DNA of 64,000 nt. Origin: Eledone cirrhosa. Taxonomy: Eukaryota. The stretch's first letter is position 1, and each line of letters starts with the position of its first letter. The notes under the pieces are model-generated. The model did not search any database. It was given only the letters and a program-made list of their open reading frames with translations, and was not told the origin of the DNA. The DNA lies in NCBI GenBank assembly GCA_964016885.1, contig OZ024750.1:38378001-38442000 (forward strand). Reading direction: 5' to 3'. The position numbers and the translations under genes are program-made. Below, in pieces: positions 15,961 to 30,120 of the stretch.

Positions 15961-18120
15961 GTACACTGTATGTGATGTACCATCAAGCTATGGCTAACCT
16001 GTACACTGTATGTGATGTACCATGAAGCTATGACTAACCTGTACACTGTATATGAGGTACCATGAAGCTATGACTAACATGTACACTGTATGCGATGTAC
16101 CATGAAGCTATGACTAACCTGTACACTGTATGTGATGTACCATGAAGCTATGACTAACCTGTACACTGTATGTGATGTACCATGAAGCTATGACTAACCT
16201 GTACACTGTATGTGATGTACCATGAAGCTATGACTAACCTATACACTCTATGTGATGTACCATGAAGCTATGACTAACCTGTACACTGTATGTGATGTAC
16301 CATGAAGCTATGACTAATCTATACACTGTATGTGATGTACCATGAAGCTATGACTAACCTGTACACTGTATGTGATGTACCATGAAGCTATGACTAACCT
16401 GTACACTGTATGTGATGTACCATGAAGCTATGACTAACCTATACACTGTATGTGATGTACCATGCAGCTATGACTAACCTGTACACTGTATGTGATGTAC
16501 CATGAAGCTATGGCTAACCTGTACACTGTATGTGATGTACCTTGAAGCTATGGCTAACCTGTACACTGTATGTGATGTACCATGAAGTTATAGCTAACCT
16601 GTACACTGTATGTGATGAACTATGAAGCTATGACTAATCTGTACACTGTATGTGATATACCATGAAGCTATGACTAATCTGTACACTGTATGTGATGTAA
16701 CATGAAGCTATAACTAACCTGTACACTGTATGTGATGTACCATGAAGCTATGACTAACCTATACACTGTATGTGATGTACCATGAAGCTATAGCTAACCT
16801 GTACACTGTATGTGATGTACCATGAAGTTATAGCTAACCTGTACACTGTATGTGATGTAACATGAAGCTATGACTAATCTGTACACTGTATGTGATGTAC
16901 CATGAAGCTATAGTTAACCTGTACACTGTATGTGATGTAACATGAAGCTATAGCTAACCTGTACACTGTATGTGATGTACCATGAAGCAATGACTAACCT
17001 GTACACTGTATGTGATGTACCATGAAGCTATAGCTAACCTGTACACTGTATGTGATGTACCATCAAGCTATGGCTAACCTGTACACTGTATGTGATGTAC
17101 CATGAAGCTATGACTAACCTGTACACTGTATATGAGGTACCATGAAGCTATGACTAACATGTACACTGTATGCGATGTACCATGAAGCTATGACTAACCT
17201 GTACACTGTATGTGATGTACCATGAAGCTATGACTAACCTGTACACTGTATGTGATGTACCATGAAGCTATGACTAACCTGTACACTGTATGTGATGTAC
17301 CATGAAGCTATGACTAACCTATACACTCTATGTGATGTACCATGAAGCTATGACTAACCTGTACACTGTATGTGATGTACCATGAAGCTATGACTAATCT
17401 ATACACTGTATGTGATGTACCATGAAGCTATGACTAACCTGTACACTGTATGTGATGTACCATGAAGCTATGACTAACCTGTACACTGTATGTGATGTAC
17501 CATGAAGCTATGACTAACCTATACACTGTATGTGATGTACCATGCAGCTATGACTAACCTGTACACTGTATGTGATGTACCATGAAGCTATGGCTAACCT
17601 GTACACTGTATGTGATGTACCTTGAAGCTATGGCTAACCTGTACACTGTATGTGATGTACCATGAAGTTATAGCTAACCTGTACACTGTATGTGATGAAC
17701 TATGAAGCTATGACTAATCTGTACACTGTATGTGATATACCATGAAGCTATGACTAATCTGTACACTGTATGTGATGTAACATGAAGCTATAACTAACCT
17801 GTACACTGTATGTGATGTACCATGAAGCTATGACTAACCTATACACTGTATGTGATGTACCATGAAGCTATAGCTAACCTGTACACTGTATGTGATGTAC
17901 CATGAAGTTATAGCTAACCTGTACACTGTATGTGATGTAACATGAAGCTATGACTAATCTGTACACTGTATGTGATGTACCATGAAGCTATAGTTAACCT
18001 GTACACTGTATGTGATGTAACATGAAGCTATAGCTAACCTGTACACTGTATGTGATGTACCATGAAGCAATGACTAACCTGTACACTGTATGTGATGTAC
18101 CATGAAGCTATAGCTAACCT
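15961..18120. repeat. Apparently perfect tandem duplication, period 1,080 bp (27 monomers)
   Basis: catcaagcta 15981/17061, tatgaggtac 16051/17131, tgtgatatac 16651/17731, catgaagcaa 16981/18061. No differences were noticed between the copies. Confidence 0.9.
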
Positions 18121-21100
18121 ATACACTGTATGTGATGTACCATGAAGCTATGACAAACCTGTACACTGTATGTGATGTACCATGAAGCTATGACTAACCT
18201 ATACACTGTATGTGATGTACCATGAAGCTATGACTAACCTGTACACTGTATGTGATGTACCATGAAGCTATGACTAACCTGTACACTCTATGTGATGTAC
18301 CATGAAGCTATGACTAACCTGTACACTGTATGTGATGTACCATGAAGCTATGACTAACCTATACACTGTATGTGATGTACCATGAAGCTATGACTAACCT
18401 GTACACTGTATGTGATGTACCATGAAGCTATGGCTAACCTGTACACTGTATGTGATGTACCATGAAGCTATGGCTAACCTGTACACTGTATGTGATGTAC
18501 CATGAAGTTATAGCTAACCTGTACACTGTATGTGATGTACCATGAAGCTATGACTAATCTGTACACTGTATGTGATGTACCATGAAGCTATAGCTAACCT
18601 GTATACTGTATGTGATGTACCATGAAGCTATGACTAACCTGTACACTGTATGTGATGTAACATGAAGCTATAGGTAACCTGTACACTGTATGTGATGTAC
18701 CATGAAGCTATGACTAACCTATACACTGTATGTGATGTACCATGAATATATAGCTAACCTGTACACTGTATGTGATGTACCATGAAGCTATGACTAACCT
18801 GTACACTGTATGTGACGTACCATGAAGCTATGACTAACCTGTACACTCTATGTGATGTACCATGAAGCTATGGCTAACCTGTACACTGTATGTGATGTAC
18901 CATGAAGCTATGGCTAACCTGTACACTGTATGTGATGTACCATGAAGCTATGGCTAACCTGTACACTGTATGTGATGTACCATGAAGCTATGGCTAACCT
19001 GTACACTGTATGTGATGTACCATGAAGCTATGACTAACCTGTACACTGTATATGATGTACCATGAAGCTATGACTAACATGTACACTCTATGTGATGTAC
19101 CATGAAGCTATGACTAACCTGTACACTGTATGTGATGTACCATGAAGCTATGGCTAACCTGTACACTGTATGTGATGTACCATGAAGCTATGGCTAACCT
19201 GTACACTGTATGTGATGTACCATGAAGCTATGGCTAACCTGTACACTGTATGTGATGTAACATGAAGCTATGACTAACCTCTACACTGTATGTGATGTAC
19301 CATGAAGCTATGACTAACCTGTACACTGTATGTGATGTACCATGAAGCTATAGCTAACCTATACACTGTATGTGATGTACCATGAAACTATGACTAACCT
19401 GTACACTGTATGTGATGTACCATGAAGCTATGGCTAATCTGTACACTGTATGTGATGTAACATGAAGCTATAGCTAACCTGTACACTGTATGTGATGTAC
19501 CATGAAGCTATGACTAACCTGTACACTGTATGTGATGTACCATGAAGCTATGACTAACCTGTACACTGTATGTGATGTACCATGAAGCTATGGCTAACCT
19601 GTACACTGTATGTGATGTACCATGAAGCTATGGCTAACCTGTACACTGTATGTGATGTACCATGAAGCTATGGCTAACCTGTACACTGTATGTGATGTAC
19701 CATGAAGCTATGGCTAACCTGTACACTGTATGTGATGTACCATGAAGCTATGACTAACCTGTACACTGTATATGATGTACCATGAAGCTATGACTAACAT
19801 GTACACTGTATGCGATGTACCATGAAGCTATGACTAACCTGTACACTGTATGTGATGTACCATGAAGCTATGACTAACCTGTACACTGTATGTGATGTAC
19901 CATGAAGCTATGACTAACCTGTACACTGTATGTGATGTACCATGAAGCTATGACTAACCTATACACTGTATGTGATGTACCATGTAGCTATGACTAACAT
20001 TTACACTGTATGTGATGTACCATGAAGCTATGGCTAACCTGTACACTGTATGTGATGTACCATGAAGCTATGGCTAACCTGTATACTGTATGTGATGTAC
20101 CATGAAGTTATGACTAACATGTACACTGTATGTGATGTACCATGAAGCTATGACTAACCTGTACACTGTATGTGATGTACCATGAAGCTATGGATAACCT
20201 GTACACTGTATGTGATGTACCATGAAGCTATGACTAACCTATACACTGTATGTGATGTACCATGAAGCTATGACTAACCTGTACACTGTATGTGATGTAC
20301 CATGAAGCTATGACTAACCTGTACACTGTATGTGATGTACCATGAAGCTATGACTAACCTGTACACTGTATGTGATGTACCATGAAGCTATGGCTAACCT
20401 GTACACTGTATGTGATGTACCATGAAGTTATGACTAACATGTACACTGTATGTGATGTACCATGAAGCTATAGCTAACCTGTACACTGTATGTGATGTAA
20501 CATGAAGCTATAGCTAACCTGTACACTGTATGTGATGTACCATGAAGCTATGACTAACCTGTACACTGTATGTGATGTACCATGAAGCTATAGCTAACCT
20601 ATACACTGTATGTGATGTACCATGAAGCTATGACAAACCTGTACACTGTATGTGATGTACCATGAAGCTATGACTAACCTATACACTGTATGTGATGTAC
20701 CATGAAGCTATGACTAACCTGTACACTGTATGTGATGTACCATGAAGCTATGACTAAACTGTACACTCTATGTGATGTACCATGAAGCTATGACTAACCT
20801 GTACACTGTATGTGATGTACCATGAAGCTATGACTAACCTATACACTGTATGTGATGTACCATGAAGCTATGACTAACCTGTACACTGTATGTGATGTAC
20901 CATGAAGCTATGGCTAACCTGTACACTGTATGTGATGTACCATGAAGCTATGGCTAACCTGTACACTGTATGTGATGTACCATGAAGTTATAGCTAACCT
21001 GTACACTGTATGTGATGTACCATGAAGCTATGACTAATCTGTACACTGTATGTGATGTACCATGAAGCTATAGCTAACCTGTACACTGTATGTGATGTAC

Positions 21101-22860
21101 CATGAAGCTATGACTAACCTGTACACTGTATGTGATGTACCATGAAGCTATGACTAACCTGTACACTGTATGTGATGTAACATGAAGCTATAGGTAACCT
21201 GTACACTGTATGTGATGTACCATGAAGCTATGACTAACCTATACACTGTATGTGATGTACCATGAATATATAGCTAACCTGTACACTGTATGTGATGTAC
21301 CATGAAGCTATGACTAACCTGTACACTGTATGTGACGTACCATGAAGCTATGACTAACCTGTACACTCAATGTGATGTACCATGAAGCTATGGCTAACCT
21401 GTACACTGTATGTGATGTACCATGAAGCTATGGCTAACCTGTACACTGTATGTGATGTACCATGAAGCTATGGCTAACCTGTACACTGTATGTGATGTAC
21501 CATGAAGCTATGGCTAACCTGTACACTGTATGTGATGTACCATGAAGCTATGACTAACCTGTACACTGTATATGATGTACCATGAAGCTATGACTAACAT
21601 GTACACTCTATGTGATGTACCATGAAGCTATGACTAACCTGTACACTGTATGTGATGTACCATGAAGCTATGGCTAACCTGTACACTGTATGTGATGTAC
21701 CATGAAGCTATGGCTAACCTGTACACTGTATGTGATGTACCATGAAGCTATGGCTAACCTGTACACTGTATGTGATGTAACATGAAGCTATGACTAACCT
21801 CTACACTGTATGTGATGTACCATGAAGCTACGACTAACCTGTACACTGTATGTGATGTACCATGAAGCTATAGCTAACCTATACACTGTATGTGATGTAC
21901 CATGAAACTATGACTAACCTGTACACTGTATGTGATGTACCATGAAGCTATGGCTAATCTGTACACTGTATGTGATGTAACATGAAGCTATAGCTAACCT
22001 GTACACTGTATGTGATGTACCATGAAGCTATGACTAACCTGTACACTGTATGTGATGTACCATGAAGCTATGACTAACCTGTACACTGTATGTGATGTAC
22101 CATGAAGCTATGGCTAACCTGTACACTGTATGTGATGTACCATGAAGCTATGGCTAACCTGTACACTGTATGTGATGTACCATGAAGCTATGGCTAACCT
22201 GTACACTGTATGTGATGTACCATGAAGCTATGGCTAACCTGTACACTGTATGTGATGTACCATGAAGCTATGACTAACCTGTACACTATATATGATGTAC
22301 CATGAAGCTATGACTAACATGTACACTGTATGCGATGTACCATGAAGCTATGACTAACCTGTACACTGTATGTGATGTACCATGAAGCTATGACTAACCT
22401 GTACACTGTATGTGATGTACCATGAAGCTATGACTAACCTGTACACTGTATGTGATGTACCATGAAGCTATGACTAACCTATACACTGTATGTGATGTAC
22501 CATGTAGCTATGACTAACATTTACACTGTATGTGATGTACCATGAAGCTATGGCTAACCTGTACACTGTATGTGATGTACCATGAAGCTATGGCTAACCT
22601 GTACACTGTATGTGATGTACCATGAAGTTATGACTAACATGTACACTGTATGTGATGTACCATGAAGCTATGACTAACCTGTACACTGTATGTGATGTAC
22701 CATGAAGCTATGGATAACCTGTACACTGTATGTGATGTACCATGAAGCTATGACTAACCTATACACTGTATGTGATGTACCATGAAGCTATGACTAACCT
22801 GTACACTGTATGTGATGTACCATGAAGCTATGACTAACCTGTACACTGTATGTGATGTAC
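18121..22860. repeat. Second occurrence of the 2,520-bp (63-monomer) tandem pair
   Basis: taggtaacct 18671/21191, tgtgacgtac 18811/21331, ctacactgta 19281/21801. tgacaaacct 18151/20631 is +2480, i.e. one monomer is missing in the first copy. Confidence 0.8.
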
Positions 22861-23400
22861 CATGAAGCTATGACTAACCTATACACTGTATGTGATGTAC
22901 AATGAAGCTATGACTAACCCGTACACTGTATGTGATGTACCATGAAGCTATGGTTAACCTGTACACTGTATGTGATGTACCATGAAGCTATGGCTAACCT
23001 GTACACTGTATGTGATGTACCATGAAGCTATGGCTAACCTGTACACTGTATGTCATGTACCATGAAGCTATGACTAACCTATACACTGTATGTGATGTAC
23101 CATGAAGCTATGACTAACCTGTACACTGTATGTGATGTACCATGAAGCTATGGCTAACCTGTACACTGTTTGTGATGTACCATGAAGCTATGGCTAACCT
23201 GTACACTGTATGTGATGTACCATGAAGTTATAGCTAACCTGTACACTGTATGTGATGTACCATGAAGCTATGACTAATCTGTACACTGTATGTGATGTAC
23301 CATGAAGCTATAGCTAACCTGTACACTGTATGTGATGTACCATGAAGCTATGACTAACCTGTACACTGTATGTGATGTACCATGAAGCTATGACTAACCT

Positions 23401-26400
23401 GTACACTGTATGTGATGTAACATGAAGCTATAGCTAACCTGTACACTGTATGTGATGTACCATGAAGCTATGACTAACCTATACACTGTATGTGATGTAC
23501 CATGAATATATAGCTAACCTGTACACTGTATGTGATGTACCATGAAGCTATGACTAACCTGTACACTGTATGTGATGTACCATGAAGCTATGACTAACCT
23601 GTACACTCTATGTGATGTACCATGAAGCTATGGCTAACCTGTACACTGTATGTGATGTACCATGAAGCTATGGCTAACCTGTACACTGTATGTGATGTAC
23701 CATGAAGCTATGGCTAACCTGTACACTGTATGTGATGTACCATGAAGCTATGGCTAACCTGTACACTGTATGTGATGTACCATGAAGCTATGTCTAACCT
23801 GTACACTGTATATGATGTACCATGAAGCTATGACTAACATGTACACTGTATGCGATGTACCATGAAGCTATGACTAACCTGTACACTGTATGTGATGTAC
23901 CATGAAGCTATGACTAACCTGTACACTGTATGTGATGTACCATGAAGCTATGACTAGCCTGTACACTGTATGTGATGTACCATGAAGCTATGACTAACCT
24001 ATACACTGTATGTGATGTACCATGTAGCTATGACTAACCTTTACACTGTATGTGATGTACCATGAAGCTATGGCTAACCTGTACACTGTATGTGATGTAC
24101 CATGAAGCTATGGCTAACCTGTACACTGTATGTGATGTACCATGAAGTTATAGCTAACCTGTACACTGTATGTGATGTACCATGAAGCTATGACTAATCT
24201 GTACACTGTATGTGATGTACCATGAAGCTATAGCTAACCTGTACACTGTATGTGATGTACCATGAAGCTATGACTAACCTGTACACTGTATGTGATGTAC
24301 CATGAAGCTATGACTAACCTGTACACTGTATGTGATGTAACATGAAGCTATAGGTAACCTGTACACTGTATGTGATGTACCATGAAGCTATGACTAACCT
24401 ATACACTGTATGTGATGTACCATGAATATATAGCTAACCTGTACACTGTATGTGATGTACCATGAAGCTATGACTAACCTGTACACTGTATGTGACGTAC
24501 CATGAAGCTATGACTAACCTGTACACTCTATGTGATGTACCATGAAGCTATGGCTAACCTGTACACTGTATGTGATGTACCATGAAGCTATGGCTAACCT
24601 GTACACTGTATGTGATGTACCATGAAGCTATGGCTAACCTGTATACTGTATGTGATGTACCATGAAGCTATGGCTAACCTGTACACTGTATGTGATGTAC
24701 CATGAAGCTATGACTAACCTGTACACTGTATATGATGTACCATGAAGCTATAACTAACATGTACACTCTATGTGATGTACCATGAAGCTATGACTAACCC
24801 GTACACTGTATGTGATGTACCATGAAGCTATGGCTAACCTGTACACTGTATGTGATGTACCATGAAGCTATGGCTAACCTGTACACTGTATGTGATGTAC
24901 CATGAAGCTATGGCTAACCTGTACACTGTATGTGATGTAACATGAAGCTATGACTAACCTCTACACTGTATGTGATGTACCATGAAGCTATGACTAACCT
25001 GTACACTGTATGTGATGTACCATGAAGCTATAGCTAACCTATACACTGTATGTGATGTACCATGAAACTATGACTAACCTGTACACTGTATGTGATGTAC
25101 CATGAAGCTATGGCTAATCTGTACACTGTATGTGATGTAACATGAAGCTATAGCTAACCTGTACACTGTATGTGATGTACCATGAAGCTATGACTAACCT
25201 GTACACTGTATGTGATGTACCATGAAGCTATGACTAACCTGTACACTGTATGTGATGTACCATGAAGCTATGGCTAACCTGTACACTGTATGTGATGTAC
25301 CATGAAGCTATGGCTAACCTGTACACTGTATGTGATGTACCATGAAGCTATGGCTAACCTGTACACTGTATGTGATGTACCATGAAGCTATGGCTAACCT
25401 GTACACTGTATGTGATGTACCATGAAGCTATGACTAACCTGTACACTGTATATGATGTACCATGAAGCTATGACTAACATGTACACTGTATGCGATGTAC
25501 CATGAAGCTATGACTAACCTGTACACTGTATGTGATGTACCATGAAGCTATGACTAACCTGTACACTGTATGTGATGTACCATGAAGCTATGACTAACCT
25601 GTACACTGTATGTGATGTACCATGAAGCTATGACTAACCTATACACTGTATGTGATGTACCATGTAGCTATGACTAACATTTACACTGTATGTGATGTAC
25701 CATGAAGCTATGGCTAACCTGTACACTGTATGTGATGTACCATGAAGCTATGGCTAACCTGTACACTGTATGTGATGTACCATGAAGTTATGACTAACAT
25801 GTACACTGTATGTGATGTACCATGAAGCTATGACTAACCTGTACACTGTATGTGATGTAACATGAAGCTATAGCTAACCTGTACACTGTATGTGATGTAC
25901 CATGAAGCTATGACTAACCTATACACTGTATGTGATGTACCATGAATATATAGCTAACCTGTACACTGTATGTGATGTACCATGAAGCTATGACTAACCT
26001 GTACACTGTATGTGATGTACCATGAAGCTATGACTAACCTGTACACTCTATGTGATGTACCATGAAGCTATGGCTAACCTGTACACTGTATGTGATGTAC
26101 CATGAAGCTATGGCTAACCTGTACACTGTATGTGATGTACCATGAAGCTATGGCTAACCTGTACACTGTATGTGATGTACCATGAAGCTATGGCTAACCT
26201 GTACACTGTATGTGATGTACCATGAAGCTATGTCTAACCTGTACACTGTATATGATGTACCATGAAGCTATGACTAACATGTACACTGTATGCGATGTAC
26301 CATGAAGCTATGACTAACCTGTACACTGTATGTGATGTACCATGAAGCTATGACTAACCTGTACACTGTATGTGATGTACCATGAAGCTATGACTAGCCT

Positions 26401-28360
26401 GTACACTGTATGTGATGTACCATGAAGCTATGACTAACCTATACACTGTATGTGATGTACCATGTAGCTATGACTAACCTTTACACTGTATGTGATGTAC
26501 CATGAAGCTATGGCTAACCTGTACACTGTATGTGATGTACCATGAAGCTATGGCTAACCTGTACACTGTATGTGATGTACCATGAAGTTATGACTAACAT
26601 GTACACTGTATGTGATGTACCATGAAGCTATGGCTAACCTGTACACTGTATGTGATGTACCATGAAGTTATAGCTAACCTGTACACTGTATGTGATGTAC
26701 CATGAAGCTATGACTAATCTGTACACTGTATGTGATGTACCATGAAGCTATAGCTAACCTGTACACTGTATGTGATGTACCATGAAGCTATGACTAACCT
26801 GTACACTGTATGTGATGTACCATGAAGCTATGACTAACCTGTACACTGTATGTGATGTAACATGAAGCTATAGGTAACCTGTACACTGTATGTGATGTAC
26901 CATGAAGCTATGACTAACCTATACACTGTATGTGATGTACCATGAATATATAGCTAACCTGTACACTGTATGTGATGTACCATGAAGCTATGACTAACCT
27001 GTACACTGTATGTGACGTACCATGAAGCTATGACTAACCTGTACACTCTATGTGATGTACCATGAAGCTATGGCTAACCTGTACACTGTATGTGATGTAC
27101 CATGAAGCTATGGCTAACCTGTACACTGTATGTGATGTACCATGAAGCTATGGCTAACCTGTATACTGTATGTGATGTACCATGAAGCTATGGCTAACCT
27201 GTACACTGTATGTGATGTACCATGAAGCTATGACTAACCTGTACACTGTATATGATGTACCATGAAGCTATAACTAACATGTACACTCTATGTGATGTAC
27301 CATGAAGCTATGACTAACCTGTACACTGTATGTGATGTACCATGAAGCTATGGCTAACCTGTACACTGTATGTGATGTACCATGAAGCTATGGCTAACCT
27401 GTACACTGTATGTGATGTACCATGAAGCTATGGCTAACCTGTACACTGTATGTGATGTAACATGAAGCTATGACTAACCTCTACACTGTATGTGATGTAC
27501 CATGAAGCTATGACTAACCTGTACACTGTATGTGATGTACCATGAAGCTATAGCTAACCTATACACTGTATGTGATGTACCATGAAACTATGACTAACCT
27601 GTACACTGTATGTGATGTACCATGAAGCTATGGCTAATCTGTACACTGTATGTGATGTAACATGAAGCTATAGCTAACCTGTACACTGTATGTGATGTAC
27701 CATGAAGCTATGACTAACCTGTACACTGTATGTGATGTACCATGAAGCTATGACTAACCTGTACACTGTATGTGATGTACCATGAAGCTATGGCTAACCT
27801 GTACACTGTATGTGATGTACCATGAAGCTATGGCTAACCTGTACACTGTATGTGATGTACCATGAAGCTATGGCTAACCTGTACACTGTATGTGATGTAC
27901 CATGAAGCTATGGCTAACCTGTACACTGTATGTGATGTACCATGAAGCTATGACTAACCTGTACACTGTATATGATGTACCATGAAGCTATGACTAACAT
28001 GTACACTGTATGCGATGTACCATGAAGCTATGACTAACCTGTACACTGTATGTGATGTACCATGAAGCTATGACTAACCTGTACACTGTATGTGATGTAC
28101 CATGAAGCTATGACTAACCTGTACACTGTATGTGATGTACCATGAAGCTATGACTAACCTATACACTGTATGTGATGTACCATGTAGCTATGACTAACAT
28201 TTACACTGTATGTGATGTACCATGAAGCTATGGCTAACCTGTACACTGTATGTGATGTACCATGAAGCTATGGCTAACCTGTACACTGTATGTGATGTAC
28301 CATGAAGTTATGACTAACATGTACACTGTATGTGATGTACCATGAAGCTATGACTAACCT
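23401..28360. repeat. Tandem duplication, period 2,440-2,520 bp (61-63 monomers)
   Basis: tgtctaacct 23791/26231 and tgactagcct 23951/26391 (+2440); taggtaacct 24351/26871, gtatactgta 24641/27161, taactaacat 24751/27271 (+2520). Confidence 0.85.
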
Positions 28361-30120
28361 GTACACTGTATGTGATGTACCATGAAGCTATGGATAACCT
28401 GTACACTGTATGTGATGTACCATGAAGCTATGACTAACCTATACACTGTATGTGATGTACCATGAAGCTATGACTAACCTGTACACTGTATGTGATGTAC
28501 CATGAAGCTATGACTAACCTTTACACTGTATGTGATGTACCATGAAGCTATGACTAACCTATACACTGTATGTGATGTACAATGAAGCTATGACTAACCC
28601 GTACACTGTATGTGATGTACCATGAAGCTATGGTTAACCTGTACACTGTATGTGATGTACCATGAAGCTATGGCTAACCTGTACACTGTATGTGATGTAC
28701 CATGAAGCTATGGCTAACCTGTACACTGTATGTCATGTACCATGAAGCTATGACTAACCTATACACTGTATGTGATGTACCATGAAGCTATGACTAACCT
28801 GTACACTGTATGTGATGTACCATGAAGCTATGGCTAACCTGTACACTGTTTGTGATGTACCATGAAGCTATGGCTAACCTGTACACTGTATGTGATGTAC
28901 CATGAAGTTATAGCTAACCTGTACACTGTATGTGATGTACCATGAAGCTATGACTAATCTGTACACTGTATGTGATGTACCATGAAGCTATAGCTAACCT
29001 GTACACTGTATGTGATGTACCATGAAGCTATGACTAACCTGTACACTGTATGTGATGTACCATGAAGCTATGACTAACCTGTACACTGTATGTGATGTAA
29101 CATGAAGCTATAGCTAACATGTACACTGTATGTGATGTACCATGAAGCTATGACTAACCTATACACTGTATGTGATGTACCATGAATATATAGCTAACCT
29201 GTACACTGTATGTGATGTACCATGAAGCTATGACTAACCTGTACACTGTATGTGATGTACCATGAAGCTATGGATAACCTGTACACTGTATGTGATGTAC
29301 CATGAAGCTATGACTAACCTATACACTGTATGTGATGTACCATGAAGCTATGACTAACCTGTACACTGTATGTGATGTACCATGAAGCTATGACTAACCT
29401 TTACACTGTATGTGATGTACCATGAAGCTATGACTAACCTATACACTGTATGTGATGTACAATGAAGCTATGACTAACCCGTACACTGTATGTGATGTAC
29501 CATGAAGCTATGGTTAACCTGTACACTGTATGTGATGTACCATGAAGCTATGGCTAACCTGTACACTGTATGTGATGTACCATGAAGCTATGGCTAACCT
29601 GTACACTGTATGTCATGTACCATGAAGCTATGACTAACCTATACACTGTATGTGATGTACCATGAAGCTATGACTAACCTGTACACTGTATGTGATGTAC
29701 CATGAAGCTATGGCTAACCTGTACACTGTTTGTGATGTACCATGAAGCTATGGCTAACCTGTACACTGTATGTGATGTACCATGAAGTTATAGCTAACCT
29801 GTACACTGTATGTGATGTACCATGAAGCTATGACTAATCTGTACACTGTATGTGATGTACCATGAAGCTATAGCTAACCTGTACACTGTATGTGATGTAC
29901 CATGAAGCTATGACTAACCTGTACACTGTATGTGATGTACCATGAAGCTATGACTAACCTGTACACTGTATGTGATGTAACATGAAGCTATAGCTAACAT
30001 GTACACTGTATGTGATGTACCATGAAGCTATGACTAACCTATACACTGTATGTGATGTACCATGAATATATAGCTAACCTGTACACTGTATGTGATGTAC
30101 CATGAAGCTATGACTAACCT
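28321..30120. repeat. Apparently perfect tandem duplication, period 880 bp (22 monomers)
   Basis: tggataacct 28391/29271, ttacactgta 28521/29401, aatgaagcta 28581/29461, tagctaacat 29111/29991, catgaatata 29181/30061. Confidence 0.9.

Larger units (their letters stand above)
1601..23600. repeat. Large tandem segmental duplication within the array, period ~10.4-11.4 kb (approx. 1.6-12 kb copied at 12-23.6 kb)
   Basis: Collinear rare markers: gtaaactgta 2201/12561 and tgtgaagtac 2571/12931 (+10360); tgggatgtac 4131/14691 and ttgctaatat 4631/15191 (+10560); tatgaggtac 5451/16051 (+10600); gtatactgta 7201/18601, taggtaacct 7271/18671 and 9791/21191, tgactaaact 9351/20751, aatgaagcta 11501/22901 (+11400). 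Confidence 0.85.
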
